Position numbers and translations under genes: made by a program
Virus record (IMG/VR): IMGVR_UViG_3300028549_000940
Span: 1 to 60,797 of that record
Length of the DNA: 60,797 nt
Strand: one strand, 5' to 3'
Source: a virus
Shown here: piece by piece, positions 28,344-37,154 of the stretch
Position numbering within the stretch: position 1 is the stretch's first letter
Layout of the letters: every line of letters begins with the position of its first letter
The notes under the pieces: model-generated
What the model saw: the letters and a program-made list of their open reading frames with translations, nothing else
What the model was told of the DNA's origin: nothing
Databases searched by the model: none

Positions 28344-28548
28344 GCTTCTTGAGTTGTTCGCTGATGATTACAGCCGCCCGTTTTGGATCGTAGAAAGTGA
28401 TCTCTCCTACCTCTTCGTAGATTTTGGACATAGGCATATACTTATTCTCTGCCTTTATCCGCGCCAGCGTCTCGGTGTAAACTTTAAAAACGTTCCGGTG
28501 TCTGGCCTCTATCTGCTCTACCGTATAGCTTCTCTTAACTCTTGCCAT
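28327..28548 (-). CDS. Small protein upstream of terL (73 aa); possible small terminase or DNA-binding partner
   Basis: 17-nt overlap with terL. Basic and helical. Confidence 0.4.
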   Translation of the reverse strand: MARVKRSYTVEQIEARHRNVFKVYTETLARIKAENKYMPMSKIYEEVGEITFYDPKRAAVIISEQLKKHDKHD

Positions 28549-28569
28549 AGTTCTGTGATTACACGGCTA

Positions 28570-28577
28570 CAAAGATA
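28570..28577 (-). promoter_or_regulatory. Candidate Bacteroidota -7 promoter box TATCTTTG for the leftward terminase operon
   Basis: Matches TAnnTTTG on the minus strand, 21 nt upstream of the start at 28548. A TTTG lies about 19 nt further upstream. Confidence 0.35.
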
Positions 28578-28585
28578 CAATAAAG

Positions 28586-28616
28586 GTATAACAAAAACAA
28601 AAAAAAGTATATCATA
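28586..28616. promoter_or_regulatory. Bipartite motif GTATAACAAAAAC-N11-TATCATA, copy 2
   Basis: Same boxes and spacing as 6749..6779. Lies 38 nt upstream of the leftward start at 28548. Confidence 0.5.
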
Positions 28617-28641
28617 AAACACTCACTTTGAATTGTTACAA

Positions 28642-28649
28642 TACATTTG
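28642..28649 (+). promoter_or_regulatory. Candidate -7 promoter box TACATTTG for the rightward head operon
   Basis: Matches TAnnTTTG, 27 nt upstream of ATG 28677. Confidence 0.35.
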
Positions 28650-28676
28650 GCTCAAGTAATACTTTAAGTCAAAGCC

Positions 28677-29453
28677 ATGGACCCAGAAGAAGAAAAGAAA
28701 AAGGAAGAGGAAGTAGCCATTGCTGGCGAAGTGACACCAACCAACCCTTTACGCGAACGAATGATGAAGTCGCGCCCAGAAGGGAAGTATGACACCGACG
28801 AGGACGTTCAGAGCGCAGTTCTTGAGCACATGGACGAACTGGAAGGCTACAAAGGCAGCTCAGAAGCCGCTAACCAAAAGCTTGTTGAGGTAATGGATGC
28901 CAACCCAGAGCTGGTTGACATGATCCGCGACCTAGCCAACGGAGCCACCCCGGCAGAGGCTATTGCCAGAAACTTCGACCTAGATGAGATAATTCCAAAA
29001 GATGGCGAACCAGACTACGAGGCCTGGGCAAAAAATAAGGAGTCACGCCTTTCTAAGAAGTCCGAAATGGAGGCAAGAAGCAAGGAGTATCAAGACAACC
29101 TAGCTGTTTCCGAGGCTAACGTTCGTGAGTATGCCGAGGAAAACAACATGAGCGAAGAGGAAACCGGTAAAATGCTCGACGATATAGACTCTATGCTAAC
29201 AGACCTCGCCTCTGGAAAGGTAAGCAAGGAGTTTGTCACCCGGATGAGAAAAGCCCTTACCGCCGATCAGGAGAAACAGGAAGCTGTAGAGATGGCAAAA
29301 ATTGAGGGAAAAAACGAGGCCATTATCGCAAAGAAAGCACCTGTTGGAGATGGCATCCCAAAAACCATGGGAGGATCGATTGAGGCAAAATCAGAAGTTC
29401 CTCAAAAGAAGGACATTTTCGACAGAGCCATAGAGAGAGAAAAAAGAGGCTAA
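28677..29453 (+). CDS. Putative scaffolding protein (258 aa)
   Basis: Highly acidic, helical, E/K/D-rich ORF immediately upstream of the capsid gene. Confidence 0.5.
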   Translation: MDPEEEKKKEEEVAIAGEVTPTNPLRERMMKSRPEGKYDTDEDVQSAVLEHMDELEGYKGSSEAANQKLVEVMDANPELVDMIRDLANGATPAEAIARNFDLDEIIPKDGEPDYEAWAKNKESRLSKKSEMEARSKEYQDNLAVSEANVREYAEENNMSEEETGKMLDDIDSMLTDLASGKVSKEFVTRMRKALTADQEKQEAVEMAKIEGKNEAIIAKKAPVGDGIPKTMGGSIEAKSEVPQKKDIFDRAIEREKRG

Positions 29454-29504
29454 CCGCCACCAGGCAAGCACAGATAAATAAAAATTTAACTAATACACGT
29501 AAAG

Positions 29505-30884
29505 ATGAAAAGAAAATTCGAAAAGCCAGTCCAGTTACTTGCAATGCTGTTGCTGGTGGTTATTGTTATTGTTATTACCGGCCCGCTGGGAGGGTTTGCG
29601 GCAAGCGCTGGCTTGTATCACGCAGTAGGAGCACCCATAGCAGGAACAGTAGATACTGCTAGTGTAGAGACTGCTGCACCTGGTCTTAATCGGCCTACCG
29701 TCAGCCAGAAAATTACCCTCATAAAACCATCTGCAACTCCGCTAGATACCATCTTTCGTGAGTTTGCAACACAGGTGCCGATCAAGAACTTTAAGACTGA
29801 ATTTTATTCAGTAGGCGCTAGGGGTTTGACCGACGTAGTTACCACTACTGTTACTGAGACTCACACCGTTACCGAGCAGCCGGTATTTGAGATCGTGGTG
29901 AATAACATCAACATCTGGTCAGTTGATGATACTTTTATGGCATGTGGTCTTACAGCAACCAACTACACTGGAATGAACCTAGTGATGATGGTGTATGATA
30001 TTGACATGACAGCCAATAAGATTAAGTGTATTCCGCTTAACTCTACAATAATGGGGTCTGCTGGTAATTCCGGTAAAATGATCTTGGCTACTACCATCCC
30101 GGCAACAACCGTTTTAGTAAGAATGGGTAACTCCAAATCTGAAAAGGACGCACAGACATCTCCTTTTGCCATGATACCAGACAAGGACTTCAACTACGCG
30201 CAAATATTCATGGCGCAAGTTGAAGAGTCCTTCTATCAAAGAATTACCCAACAAGAAGTTGAGTGGGGATTCTCTGACTACGAGCAGATGAACATCGAGG
30301 ATATGAAGGCTAGGCAAGAGTATTCATACTTGTTTGGAGCCAGAGCCAAGGTAATTGATCCGCTTGGAAAGGACGAAAAGCATATGTGTGGAGGTATTCT
30401 TAACAGCATTACCAAGGGAGTAACCTACGGAACTGGTGGCAGCAACAGAACTATGTCTCCAACAGACTACGTTAACATAACTAAGAGCCTTTTTGTTGGT
30501 AACGCAGGATCGGACAGCCGCTACCTATTTGCCTCTGCAGGACTAATTGCCACCATGCACTCATGCGATGCTATTGTAAAGCAGCTCGCCGCTGCCCAGA
30601 CTGAGGTTAAGTGGGGTATTACCTTTAAGAAGCTTGAAACCAACTTCGGAACCATCAATATTAAGCACCACGCGCTGCTTGACTACGTTTACGGATGGGA
30701 GGATAAGGGCTTTGTTCTTGACGTTACCCAGCTAGAGAAGCACACATTTAAGGCTCTTGGAACAAGAGAACTAGACCTTAAAACCTCAGGACAAAGCAAC
30801 GTGGATGCTACGGTTATCGACGAGGCATCCTGCCCTGTTCTTAGATACCCTGAAACCCACTGTATCGTATCACCAAAGGCTTAA
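29505..30884 (+). CDS. Putative major capsid protein (459 aa)
   Basis: Lies after the scaffold-like gene and before a strong terminator. Size and ..KITLIKPSATPLDTIF.. are consistent with HK97-fold capsid proteins. The N-terminus is unusually hydrophobic. Confidence 0.6.
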   Translation: MKRKFEKPVQLLAMLLLVVIVIVITGPLGGFAASAGLYHAVGAPIAGTVDTASVETAAPGLNRPTVSQKITLIKPSATPLDTIFREFATQVPIKNFKTEFYSVGARGLTDVVTTTVTETHTVTEQPVFEIVVNNINIWSVDDTFMACGLTATNYTGMNLVMMVYDIDMTANKIKCIPLNSTIMGSAGNSGKMILATTIPATTVLVRMGNSKSEKDAQTSPFAMIPDKDFNYAQIFMAQVEESFYQRITQQEVEWGFSDYEQMNIEDMKARQEYSYLFGARAKVIDPLGKDEKHMCGGILNSITKGVTYGTGGSNRTMSPTDYVNITKSLFVGNAGSDSRYLFASAGLIATMHSCDAIVKQLAAAQTEVKWGITFKKLETNFGTINIKHHALLDYVYGWEDKGFVLDVTQLEKHTFKALGTRELDLKTSGQSNVDATVIDEASCPVLRYPETHCIVSPKA

Positions 30885-30902
30885 TTATTTAAATACAAAA
30901 AA

Positions 30903-30928
30903 GGGGAACCCTCGTTCCCCTTTTCTTT
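30903..30928 (+). terminator. Rho-independent terminator after the capsid gene
   Basis: GGGGAAC-cctc-GTTCCCC followed by TTTTCTTT. Confidence 0.75.
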
Positions 30929-30941
30929 AATCTTCTACGCT

Positions 30942-31433
30942 ATGCCACTAAAGATATACCGCCTTACCCGAATGACAAGCCTACACACTAGCGTTATCCT
31001 AAAGGATAAGAGCGCGGTGTTTGTTGAGTTTAGGGCTTCGTATGACCAAAATAATACGCTACGAGGCACATTCGTTACAAAAGACGAAGAGCTTCAGTAT
31101 GCAATTGAGAAAGACAATGCCCACGGTATTGACTGGGATCTTGAATCTATCGACGGTAAAAGTCCAAAGGAGTATAAAGCCTCTACTAAGGCAAAAGATA
31201 CCAACCCTCCTAAAGGTGACAACCCGGGCGATAACCCACAAAACGATGCTGAACCGCCTAAAGGTGACACCCCACCAGACTTAATCATAGTCCCAGAGGT
31301 AGTAAAACACCAAGAGGCTAAAGAGTATCTACTTTCCAAGTTCCCCGAGACACAACCCGGAGATTTCAAGAGTAAGGTAATGGTAGTTGCCTTTGCCGCA
31401 GCAAATAAAATTTCATTCCCCAATCTAGCGTAA
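30942..31433 (+). CDS. Hypothetical head-associated protein with a P/D/N-rich linker (163 aa)
   Basis: ATG ORF. PPKGDNPGDNPQNDAEPPKGDTPP low-complexity segment. Confidence 0.5.
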   Translation: MPLKIYRLTRMTSLHTSVILKDKSAVFVEFRASYDQNNTLRGTFVTKDEELQYAIEKDNAHGIDWDLESIDGKSPKEYKASTKAKDTNPPKGDNPGDNPQNDAEPPKGDTPPDLIIVPEVVKHQEAKEYLLSKFPETQPGDFKSKVMVVAFAAANKISFPNLA

Positions 31434-32080
31434 TGACCAGAGAACAAGTCATACAAAAGGTTTTGTCAAAGCTCGACGAAGTAGCCCCGTTTGACGATAG
31501 CACTATTGTCACTGGGGCTGATTCGCTGGCTAACCCTGTTCGGGCCATTGTGCTCGAATTGCTGGACGAATGCGCTAACCAAGTATTGTTAGATGCGCCA
31601 ATCAACTCTTGTCCGGTTACCTCATTTTCATCAACAATTACACTAGATATCACCAACGCATCGGTAGATGGTATTTTAACCATCCCAATGACTGCCGATT
31701 TTATCAAGATTGCAACGCTAGATTTATCCTGCTGGGAAAGGCCCATATCAAGAACCTACCCGCAAGATCACCCAATTTACCAACTCCAACGGAACAAATA
31801 CACCCGAGGAGGATTATCTAAACCAGTAGGGATATTAATCAAAACACCCGCTGGATTCAACATTGAGTGCTACACGATCACAAAGCCAACAGCAATTACA
31901 GGTTTTGTGAGGACGGCTACCTATATAAAAAGAACCGCTATTGAATTACTCCCCGACAACCTTATTGAGCTTGCTACGTGGTTGTGCGCCGCTAAAGTTT
32001 GTCAGGCTATTGGGCGAGACAGTAAGATAATAGAAGATTATTCACAAGCAATTGCAGCGCTATGGAGTTCACAGGACTAA
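31433..32080 (+). CDS. Hypothetical structural protein (215 aa); possible head-tail adaptor
   Basis: TAATG coupling. Position between head and fibre genes. Function is inferred only. Confidence 0.45.
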   Translation: MTREQVIQKVLSKLDEVAPFDDSTIVTGADSLANPVRAIVLELLDECANQVLLDAPINSCPVTSFSSTITLDITNASVDGILTIPMTADFIKIATLDLSCWERPISRTYPQDHPIYQLQRNKYTRGGLSKPVGILIKTPAGFNIECYTITKPTAITGFVRTATYIKRTAIELLPDNLIELATWLCAAKVCQAIGRDSKIIEDYSQAIAALWSSQD

Positions 32081-34686
32081 CCACTTTTATAAAGAGCTAC
32101 ATTGATGCCTGTTTGCTGGCGATAGTAGAAGCAGGAAACTCAAGAAAGTTAAGCCCAGATGGCCTTACTGAGTTCGAGCGCAACTACATGGCAAACCTCT
32201 CTGGAGACGATGTGATAAAGCAAGGAGTAGTAAGGCAGCTTGTTCAATTTATCAACCAAACGCTTATTACCGATGATTCTATTTGGAAGAAGCTAGACGG
32301 AATTACAGTTGCAGAAAACGTAGCGAACAAAATAGAAGTTCTCAACTCCCCGAAGTTAGGGGGAGAGCTAGCAGAAATTTGGGCCAAGAAGTCAGATGTT
32401 TCCCTAGCTATATCTGAATTAATCGGAGGAGCGCCAGCAGCACTGGATGTCCTAAATGAGCTGGCCGCTGCGATTAATAACGATGCGAATTTCAGCACAA
32501 CCATAGTCAACTTAATTGGAACAAAACTTGCAGCCAGCGCATACACGGCAGAAGATGTTTTTAATAAGGTAAAAAGCCTTGATGTAGACGAAGGAGGTTT
32601 AAATGCGTCTACACTACAGGGGTTAAATGCTAACCAATTTAGTAGGTTGCATGACTTAATTATTACTAATGATTTCAACCACACAGTTATAGGTATTGGT
32701 GTAGTAGACAATACAAACACATCTTTAAACAGCACCTGTAAAGGAAGCATAGTTCTAGTTAGGTCAAATGGTTCATATCCGCTTGTAGTTATAGAATATA
32801 ATGGAAGTAAGGTTTACGATAGGAGTTATGCTAGAATGGCATATACGGTAAAAGGATATAGTAGTGAATTGCAAATAATTCCAGTAACATTTACTTTCAA
32901 TGCAATAAAATATTTTGGATTTAAAATCATATCAGAACAATCTCGGGCATTCAAGTTAATAAGCGAATATAGTTCAAGTGTAAACCCTTTTGCAGTTGAA
33001 TATTATAGGTACAACAGCAGCACCATATTAAATAGCGAGATATATAACAGCGTAGCTGAGGATAATGTTGTGGATAATAGCTTAAAATATAATGGTTATG
33101 ATGTATATCATGCAGCCAACCCCCAACCAGAAACAAACAAAGTAAAATCAACAGTTGACGATACCGCTGGATACCTAGGAGAAAAGTTAGGGTTAGGAGT
33201 CACTCTTGATGCTAACAAAAAGATCACCTTCGATTTAGCCAAGGTGGCCAAGGCAGACAAACCGAATACTTTAAGAATAAACATACCGTTTAATGTAATA
33301 AAGAATAGAGAGCTAGATAACTCTCTTTCTCCAGTAGATTATCCTGGCTATGGAAGATCAGTAAGCACTCCAATACTTGTTGCTGGAATATCAGGAAACA
33401 GTATAACGGTAACTGGGCTTCCTAGATATGATCTTTTACAGCGAAGCATATTTGATGGAACAATAGGAGTCAATAAGTGGGCGCTAGTAAACCTAGATTC
33501 GCACAACACTCCTACAAACGATCAGCCAAACGGAGCATACGAGGTTCAGTCTGCCATTCGTGCAATAGCATTTACTGGAGCCAATAGTGCTGATTTAACC
33601 GTTACAAGTGCAGCTGGATTTACTAACGGACATAGGCTAATGCTTATATCTGTTTCAAATGAGAGGTTTAAAATAAACCCAAACTCAATTGATGGACTTG
33701 ATATAAACTCTGAGGCATGGAGAACAAGACAGTCACAATGCTGCTATCCGTATAGAACGCAAAGTGGAAAGTGGAATGTAATAATGCTTGGTGCTCCAGA
33801 TGCCAACACGTTTACCTATAAGCTAATGGAGTCCGATAGCCTTTACGGACCGTGGACTAGATCGGCTATTAATGCAACGAATCTTTTAAATACAGTAGGA
33901 AGTAACTTCGTTGATCTTACTGCTGCAATTCCGCAAGCATGTAAAATGTTTGTGGCATACGGAACTAAGATACCTTCAAGCCCATACATGGCCTATATAG
34001 GGTGGGGGGCCGATAGCATTACTGGCAGCTACAGCTGGAGTTTTCCCTTAAACTTTAAAATATACTTTCTGGTATGCGATGAAACATACTCAGATATAAG
34101 GGCTATTGAGGTAAAAACAAACTACAAAGTAAAAAGACCAACAGGTGGATTTTTACACTACCCATCCCTAGGATACTACAAAGGAAAATACTACTTCTCT
34201 GCCATAGACGATTACCCAACTGGAGCGTGGACAGATGAAAACAGGTGGGATAGGCATGTATTCGTTTCTGATACCCTAGATGGAGTATTTGAATATCACT
34301 CAACAATTCAGTGGGGTAGAAACTTGAACCAAGGATGTTTTTACTCGAACCATCCTGTAAATGGGTATGTGTTTGGTTACGGAGATGCTTTGTATGCATA
34401 CGTATCTGGAACCTCCAGATACCCGCTTTCTGGAAACAAAGGAGATGCCGTTACCGGATTTTTTATGTTCGACGATAAAACAGGATCGTGGAACGAGTTT
34501 CCATCAAACTTCATCCCCGTTCCTTACGGCGGTGACGAAGTATGGGGCGCCGGATATGAGTATATGAGAGATCACTCGGGTGGACCTGGACTAATCGCAA
34601 TGGAAGATAATAAGATGTTTTTCTTTCAGGGATATACCAATGGATCTGATAACTACAGATTAGCTTTAATTGAAATACCGCTGTAA
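32062..34686 (+). CDS. Tail fibre or receptor-binding protein (874 aa)
   Basis: GGAPAALDVLNELAAAINNDANFSTTIVN is a classic phage tail-fibre motif. Large, variable C-terminal domain. Confidence 0.7.
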   Translation: MEFTGLTTFIKSYIDACLLAIVEAGNSRKLSPDGLTEFERNYMANLSGDDVIKQGVVRQLVQFINQTLITDDSIWKKLDGITVAENVANKIEVLNSPKLGGELAEIWAKKSDVSLAISELIGGAPAALDVLNELAAAINNDANFSTTIVNLIGTKLAASAYTAEDVFNKVKSLDVDEGGLNASTLQGLNANQFSRLHDLIITNDFNHTVIGIGVVDNTNTSLNSTCKGSIVLVRSNGSYPLVVIEYNGSKVYDRSYARMAYTVKGYSSELQIIPVTFTFNAIKYFGFKIISEQSRAFKLISEYSSSVNPFAVEYYRYNSSTILNSEIYNSVAEDNVVDNSLKYNGYDVYHAANPQPETNKVKSTVDDTAGYLGEKLGLGVTLDANKKITFDLAKVAKADKPNTLRINIPFNVIKNRELDNSLSPVDYPGYGRSVSTPILVAGISGNSITVTGLPRYDLLQRSIFDGTIGVNKWALVNLDSHNTPTNDQPNGAYEVQSAIRAIAFTGANSADLTVTSAAGFTNGHRLMLISVSNERFKINPNSIDGLDINSEAWRTRQSQCCYPYRTQSGKWNVIMLGAPDANTFTYKLMESDSLYGPWTRSAINATNLLNTVGSNFVDLTAAIPQACKMFVAYGTKIPSSPYMAYIGWGADSITGSYSWSFPLNFKIYFLVCDETYSDIRAIEVKTNYKVKRPTGGFLHYPSLGYYKGKYYFSAIDDYPTGAWTDENRWDRHVFVSDTLDGVFEYHSTIQWGRNLNQGCFYSNHPVNGYVFGYGDALYAYVSGTSRYPLSGNKGDAVTGFFMFDDKTGSWNEFPSNFIPVPYGGDEVWGAGYEYMRDHSGGPGLIAMEDNKMFFFQGYTNGSDNYRLALIEIPL

Positions 34687-35069
34687 TGGGAAATTATAAG
34701 TATAAAAAAGTAGTCAACCAAGCTATTAGGTTAAGCTTTGATCTTACAACGGTAAGCGCTAACGTAGCTAAGATAGGTTTAAACCTACCGGCCGACGCTA
34801 TTATTACTAAAATAGTAGGGGTAATCCAAAGTGCGATTACAGCAGGAACTGGAACTACTTTTAAACTACAACATAGCAGCTCTACGGCTACTACATGGGC
34901 CGACATTACAGCAAACGTTTCTGTTTCTGGGTTGGCTACGTTGTTTGTTCCGGCATTTGCAAACTCACTTTCAGCATATCGACTACAAGGGTATAACGAG
35001 ATTCGACTTTATAGCGACGGCACATTCTCCGCAGGGGTTGTTGATTTTTACATTGAATACTATGTATAA
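34686..35069 (+). CDS. Hypothetical small structural protein (127 aa)
   Basis: ATG overlaps the fibre gene stop. Beta-rich. Confidence 0.5.
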   Translation: MGNYKYKKVVNQAIRLSFDLTTVSANVAKIGLNLPADAIITKIVGVIQSAITAGTGTTFKLQHSSSTATTWADITANVSVSGLATLFVPAFANSLSAYRLQGYNEIRLYSDGTFSAGVVDFYIEYYV

Positions 35070-35397
35070 GAAAATGAATTGGTTCTTTCGGTTTATTACC
35101 CCAGAATGGGTGATTGCAATCACTATTTATCCTTGGGTATTTTACAGAAAAACCCTGAACAAAGATGAGTGGAACCATGAAGCCATACACCTTCAGCAGC
35201 AAAAAGAGCTGTTTGTTATCTTCTTCTACATCCTTTACCTAATCGAGTGGATTTTACGGCTTCCGTTTGGTAATGCTTACAAAAATATCTCTTTTGAGAG
35301 GGAGGCTTATGCTAACCAAAATAATATAAACTACCTTAAAGCAAGGAAACCTTTTAACTTCACAAGTTATGTCTCCAACAGAAGAAAAATTAATTGA
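35062..35397 (+). CDS. Small membrane protein with an HExxH motif (111 aa from ATG 35062)
   Basis: MYKKMNWFF.. start overlaps the upstream stop by 8 nt. Two hydrophobic helices flank WNHEAIHLQQQKE. A downstream FEREAY is present. Confidence 0.55.
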   Translation: MYKKMNWFFRFITPEWVIAITIYPWVFYRKTLNKDEWNHEAIHLQQQKELFVIFFYILYLIEWILRLPFGNAYKNISFEREAYANQNNINYLKARKPFNFTSYVSNRRKIN

Positions 35398-35740
35398 CGA
35401 AAAATTCAAGGGTGTAATAAGCGCCATTGAATCGCTAAAGGAGAATACCGATTTTAAGCTAAATACCCTGATAGGTCATGTTGAGAGAACCAACGGAACG
35501 GTAATATCTCTAAATAAAAGGGTTAGTGATGTGGAAAAAACACAATACACCTGTGGGATAAAAACCATTGGCGAAAACATAAAAAAGATTGAAATCGAAG
35601 TAGCCCGGTTGGCTAACGAAACATCGGTAGTTAGATTCTACCAACGATACCCAAAGCTAATGATTACAACCATAGTGCTAGTGGCAGGATCGGGATTAAT
35701 TCAAATTATTGGTATAGCACTTAAATACTTACACCTATGA
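35369..35740 (+). CDS. Lysis-associated membrane protein, holin candidate (123 aa)
   Basis: Helical N-part and a single C-terminal TM (LMITTIVLVAGSGLIQIIGIAL). ATGA overlap with the endolysin gene. Confidence 0.4.
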   Translation: MSPTEEKLIDEKFKGVISAIESLKENTDFKLNTLIGHVERTNGTVISLNKRVSDVEKTQYTCGIKTIGENIKKIEIEVARLANETSVVRFYQRYPKLMITTIVLVAGSGLIQIIGIALKYLHL

Positions 35741-36276
35741 AACCAAGCCAACAGTGCGTTGATTTAGTAAAGCACTTTGAAAGCCTTCACGACGGAGATT
35801 TACGGGCAATTGGGCTACAGCCCAAAATGTGCCCGGCAGGAATATGGACCGTAGGCTATGGCCGTGCGCTTACCGATAAAACCGGAAGGTTCTTAAGGGG
35901 AGAAAAAGATAAGGCTCAGGCCTACTTGATGTATCCTAACCTTACTGAAAAAGAGGCAGAAGAAATGCTTCACGAGGATTTGGACGTAAGGGCGAAAGTA
36001 GTTGATGGCATATTCGCTGACCAGAAAATAAAGCTACTACAGCAGCAGTTTGACGCGCTGCTTAGCTTCGCATATAACTGCGGTGCAGGCGCTATTTACG
36101 ACAAGGTAAACAAGCGAGACATGGCCGTAATGAGGGCCGTAAAGAAGAAAAGCGAAAAGGAGATTACCGCTGCTTTTGGGCTTTGGAATAAGGCAAACGG
36201 AAAAGTTCTTCCCGGATTAATCTTTAGAAGAACCAGCGAGGCGATACTTTTTAATACAGGAACCCTTAAATTTTAA
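35737..36276 (+). CDS. Endolysin, GH24 (T4/lambda-type) lysozyme family (179 aa)
   Basis: CVDLVKHFESLHDG..GIWTVGYGRAL..QFDALLSFAYNCG..LPGLIFRRTSEA matches GH24 lysozymes. Confidence 0.85.
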   Translation: MKPSQQCVDLVKHFESLHDGDLRAIGLQPKMCPAGIWTVGYGRALTDKTGRFLRGEKDKAQAYLMYPNLTEKEAEEMLHEDLDVRAKVVDGIFADQKIKLLQQQFDALLSFAYNCGAGAIYDKVNKRDMAVMRAVKKKSEKEITAAFGLWNKANGKVLPGLIFRRTSEAILFNTGTLKF

Positions 36277-36279
36277 GCC

Positions 36280-36666
36280 ATGGAAGATTTTATAAACATA
36301 ATTTTTGTAGGCCTATCGCTCGGGTCGTTTCTGGGGTATTCCATTATTGCCTCTTTAGGGGCAATTTTACACCTAACCAAGGAGGTTAGCGATAGAAGCA
36401 AGGAGAGCAAACGAACACCGGTAGAGTTTTCGTGGAGGTTCTTTAGGGTTGATAACGTAAAGCGGTTAATCGGAACAGTCCTGCTTATTTACGTGTCGAT
36501 TGTGTTCTACAAAGAGCTGACCGGAACAGAGCTAAGCGCGTGGTCGGCATTTATAACCGGCTTTGGAATGGATGGAGCCAGCGTCTTTCTTAAGAAGAAC
36601 GGGAATACCATAAAGGATAAGGCTAAAAACATTTTTAATAAGAAACAAGATGGTAATAATTGCTAA
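36280..36666 (+). CDS. Multi-TM membrane protein, holin candidate (128 aa)
   Basis: Three hydrophobic segments and a basic C-terminal tail. Directly downstream of the endolysin. Confidence 0.45.
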   Translation: MEDFINIIFVGLSLGSFLGYSIIASLGAILHLTKEVSDRSKESKRTPVEFSWRFFRVDNVKRLIGTVLLIYVSIVFYKELTGTELSAWSAFITGFGMDGASVFLKKNGNTIKDKAKNIFNKKQDGNNC

Positions 36667-37150
36667 CAACATCTTCGGGATAGGTTTTGATACCACCGCC
36701 AAGACTGTAACCGTTTACGGAATTAGAGCCAAGTGCTCTGTTGTATCCGTTATGAATAACACAACGAAACAGTGGATGTATAGCCACGGAGCTGAAGGGA
36801 CAATCTCCGAACTTCCCGGTAGAAAAATTATCACCGTAGCCTCTGTAGATGGAATGAATACCACCGATGATATTATCGTTGAGTTGGATGTGTTAGATGC
36901 AGAATTGAATGCATACCTAACCGGACGACTGGTAGGAAGAACAGAAAAAGCAGTCACTCCATCAGCTACCGATGACCTACCCAACGGGCCGGGCTTTGTT
37001 GTGGTGAGGGGAACCGCCGGAAATGTGGATGCTATCACTTTATTTGGCGATACCGTTTCGTGGGCAATGGATGCAAAAGAAGTATCTATGGTCATGGTGA
37101 GAAGAGTATTGGAAACATCAACAGCAACTGACATTAAAGTTATATACTAA
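36650..37150 (+). CDS. Hypothetical structural protein (166 aa)
   Basis: ATG ORF that overlaps the upstream gene by 17 nt. Confidence 0.5.
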   Translation: MVIIANNIFGIGFDTTAKTVTVYGIRAKCSVVSVMNNTTKQWMYSHGAEGTISELPGRKIITVASVDGMNTTDDIIVELDVLDAELNAYLTGRLVGRTEKAVTPSATDDLPNGPGFVVVRGTAGNVDAITLFGDTVSWAMDAKEVSMVMVRRVLETSTATDIKVIY

Positions 37151-37154
37151 GCTT

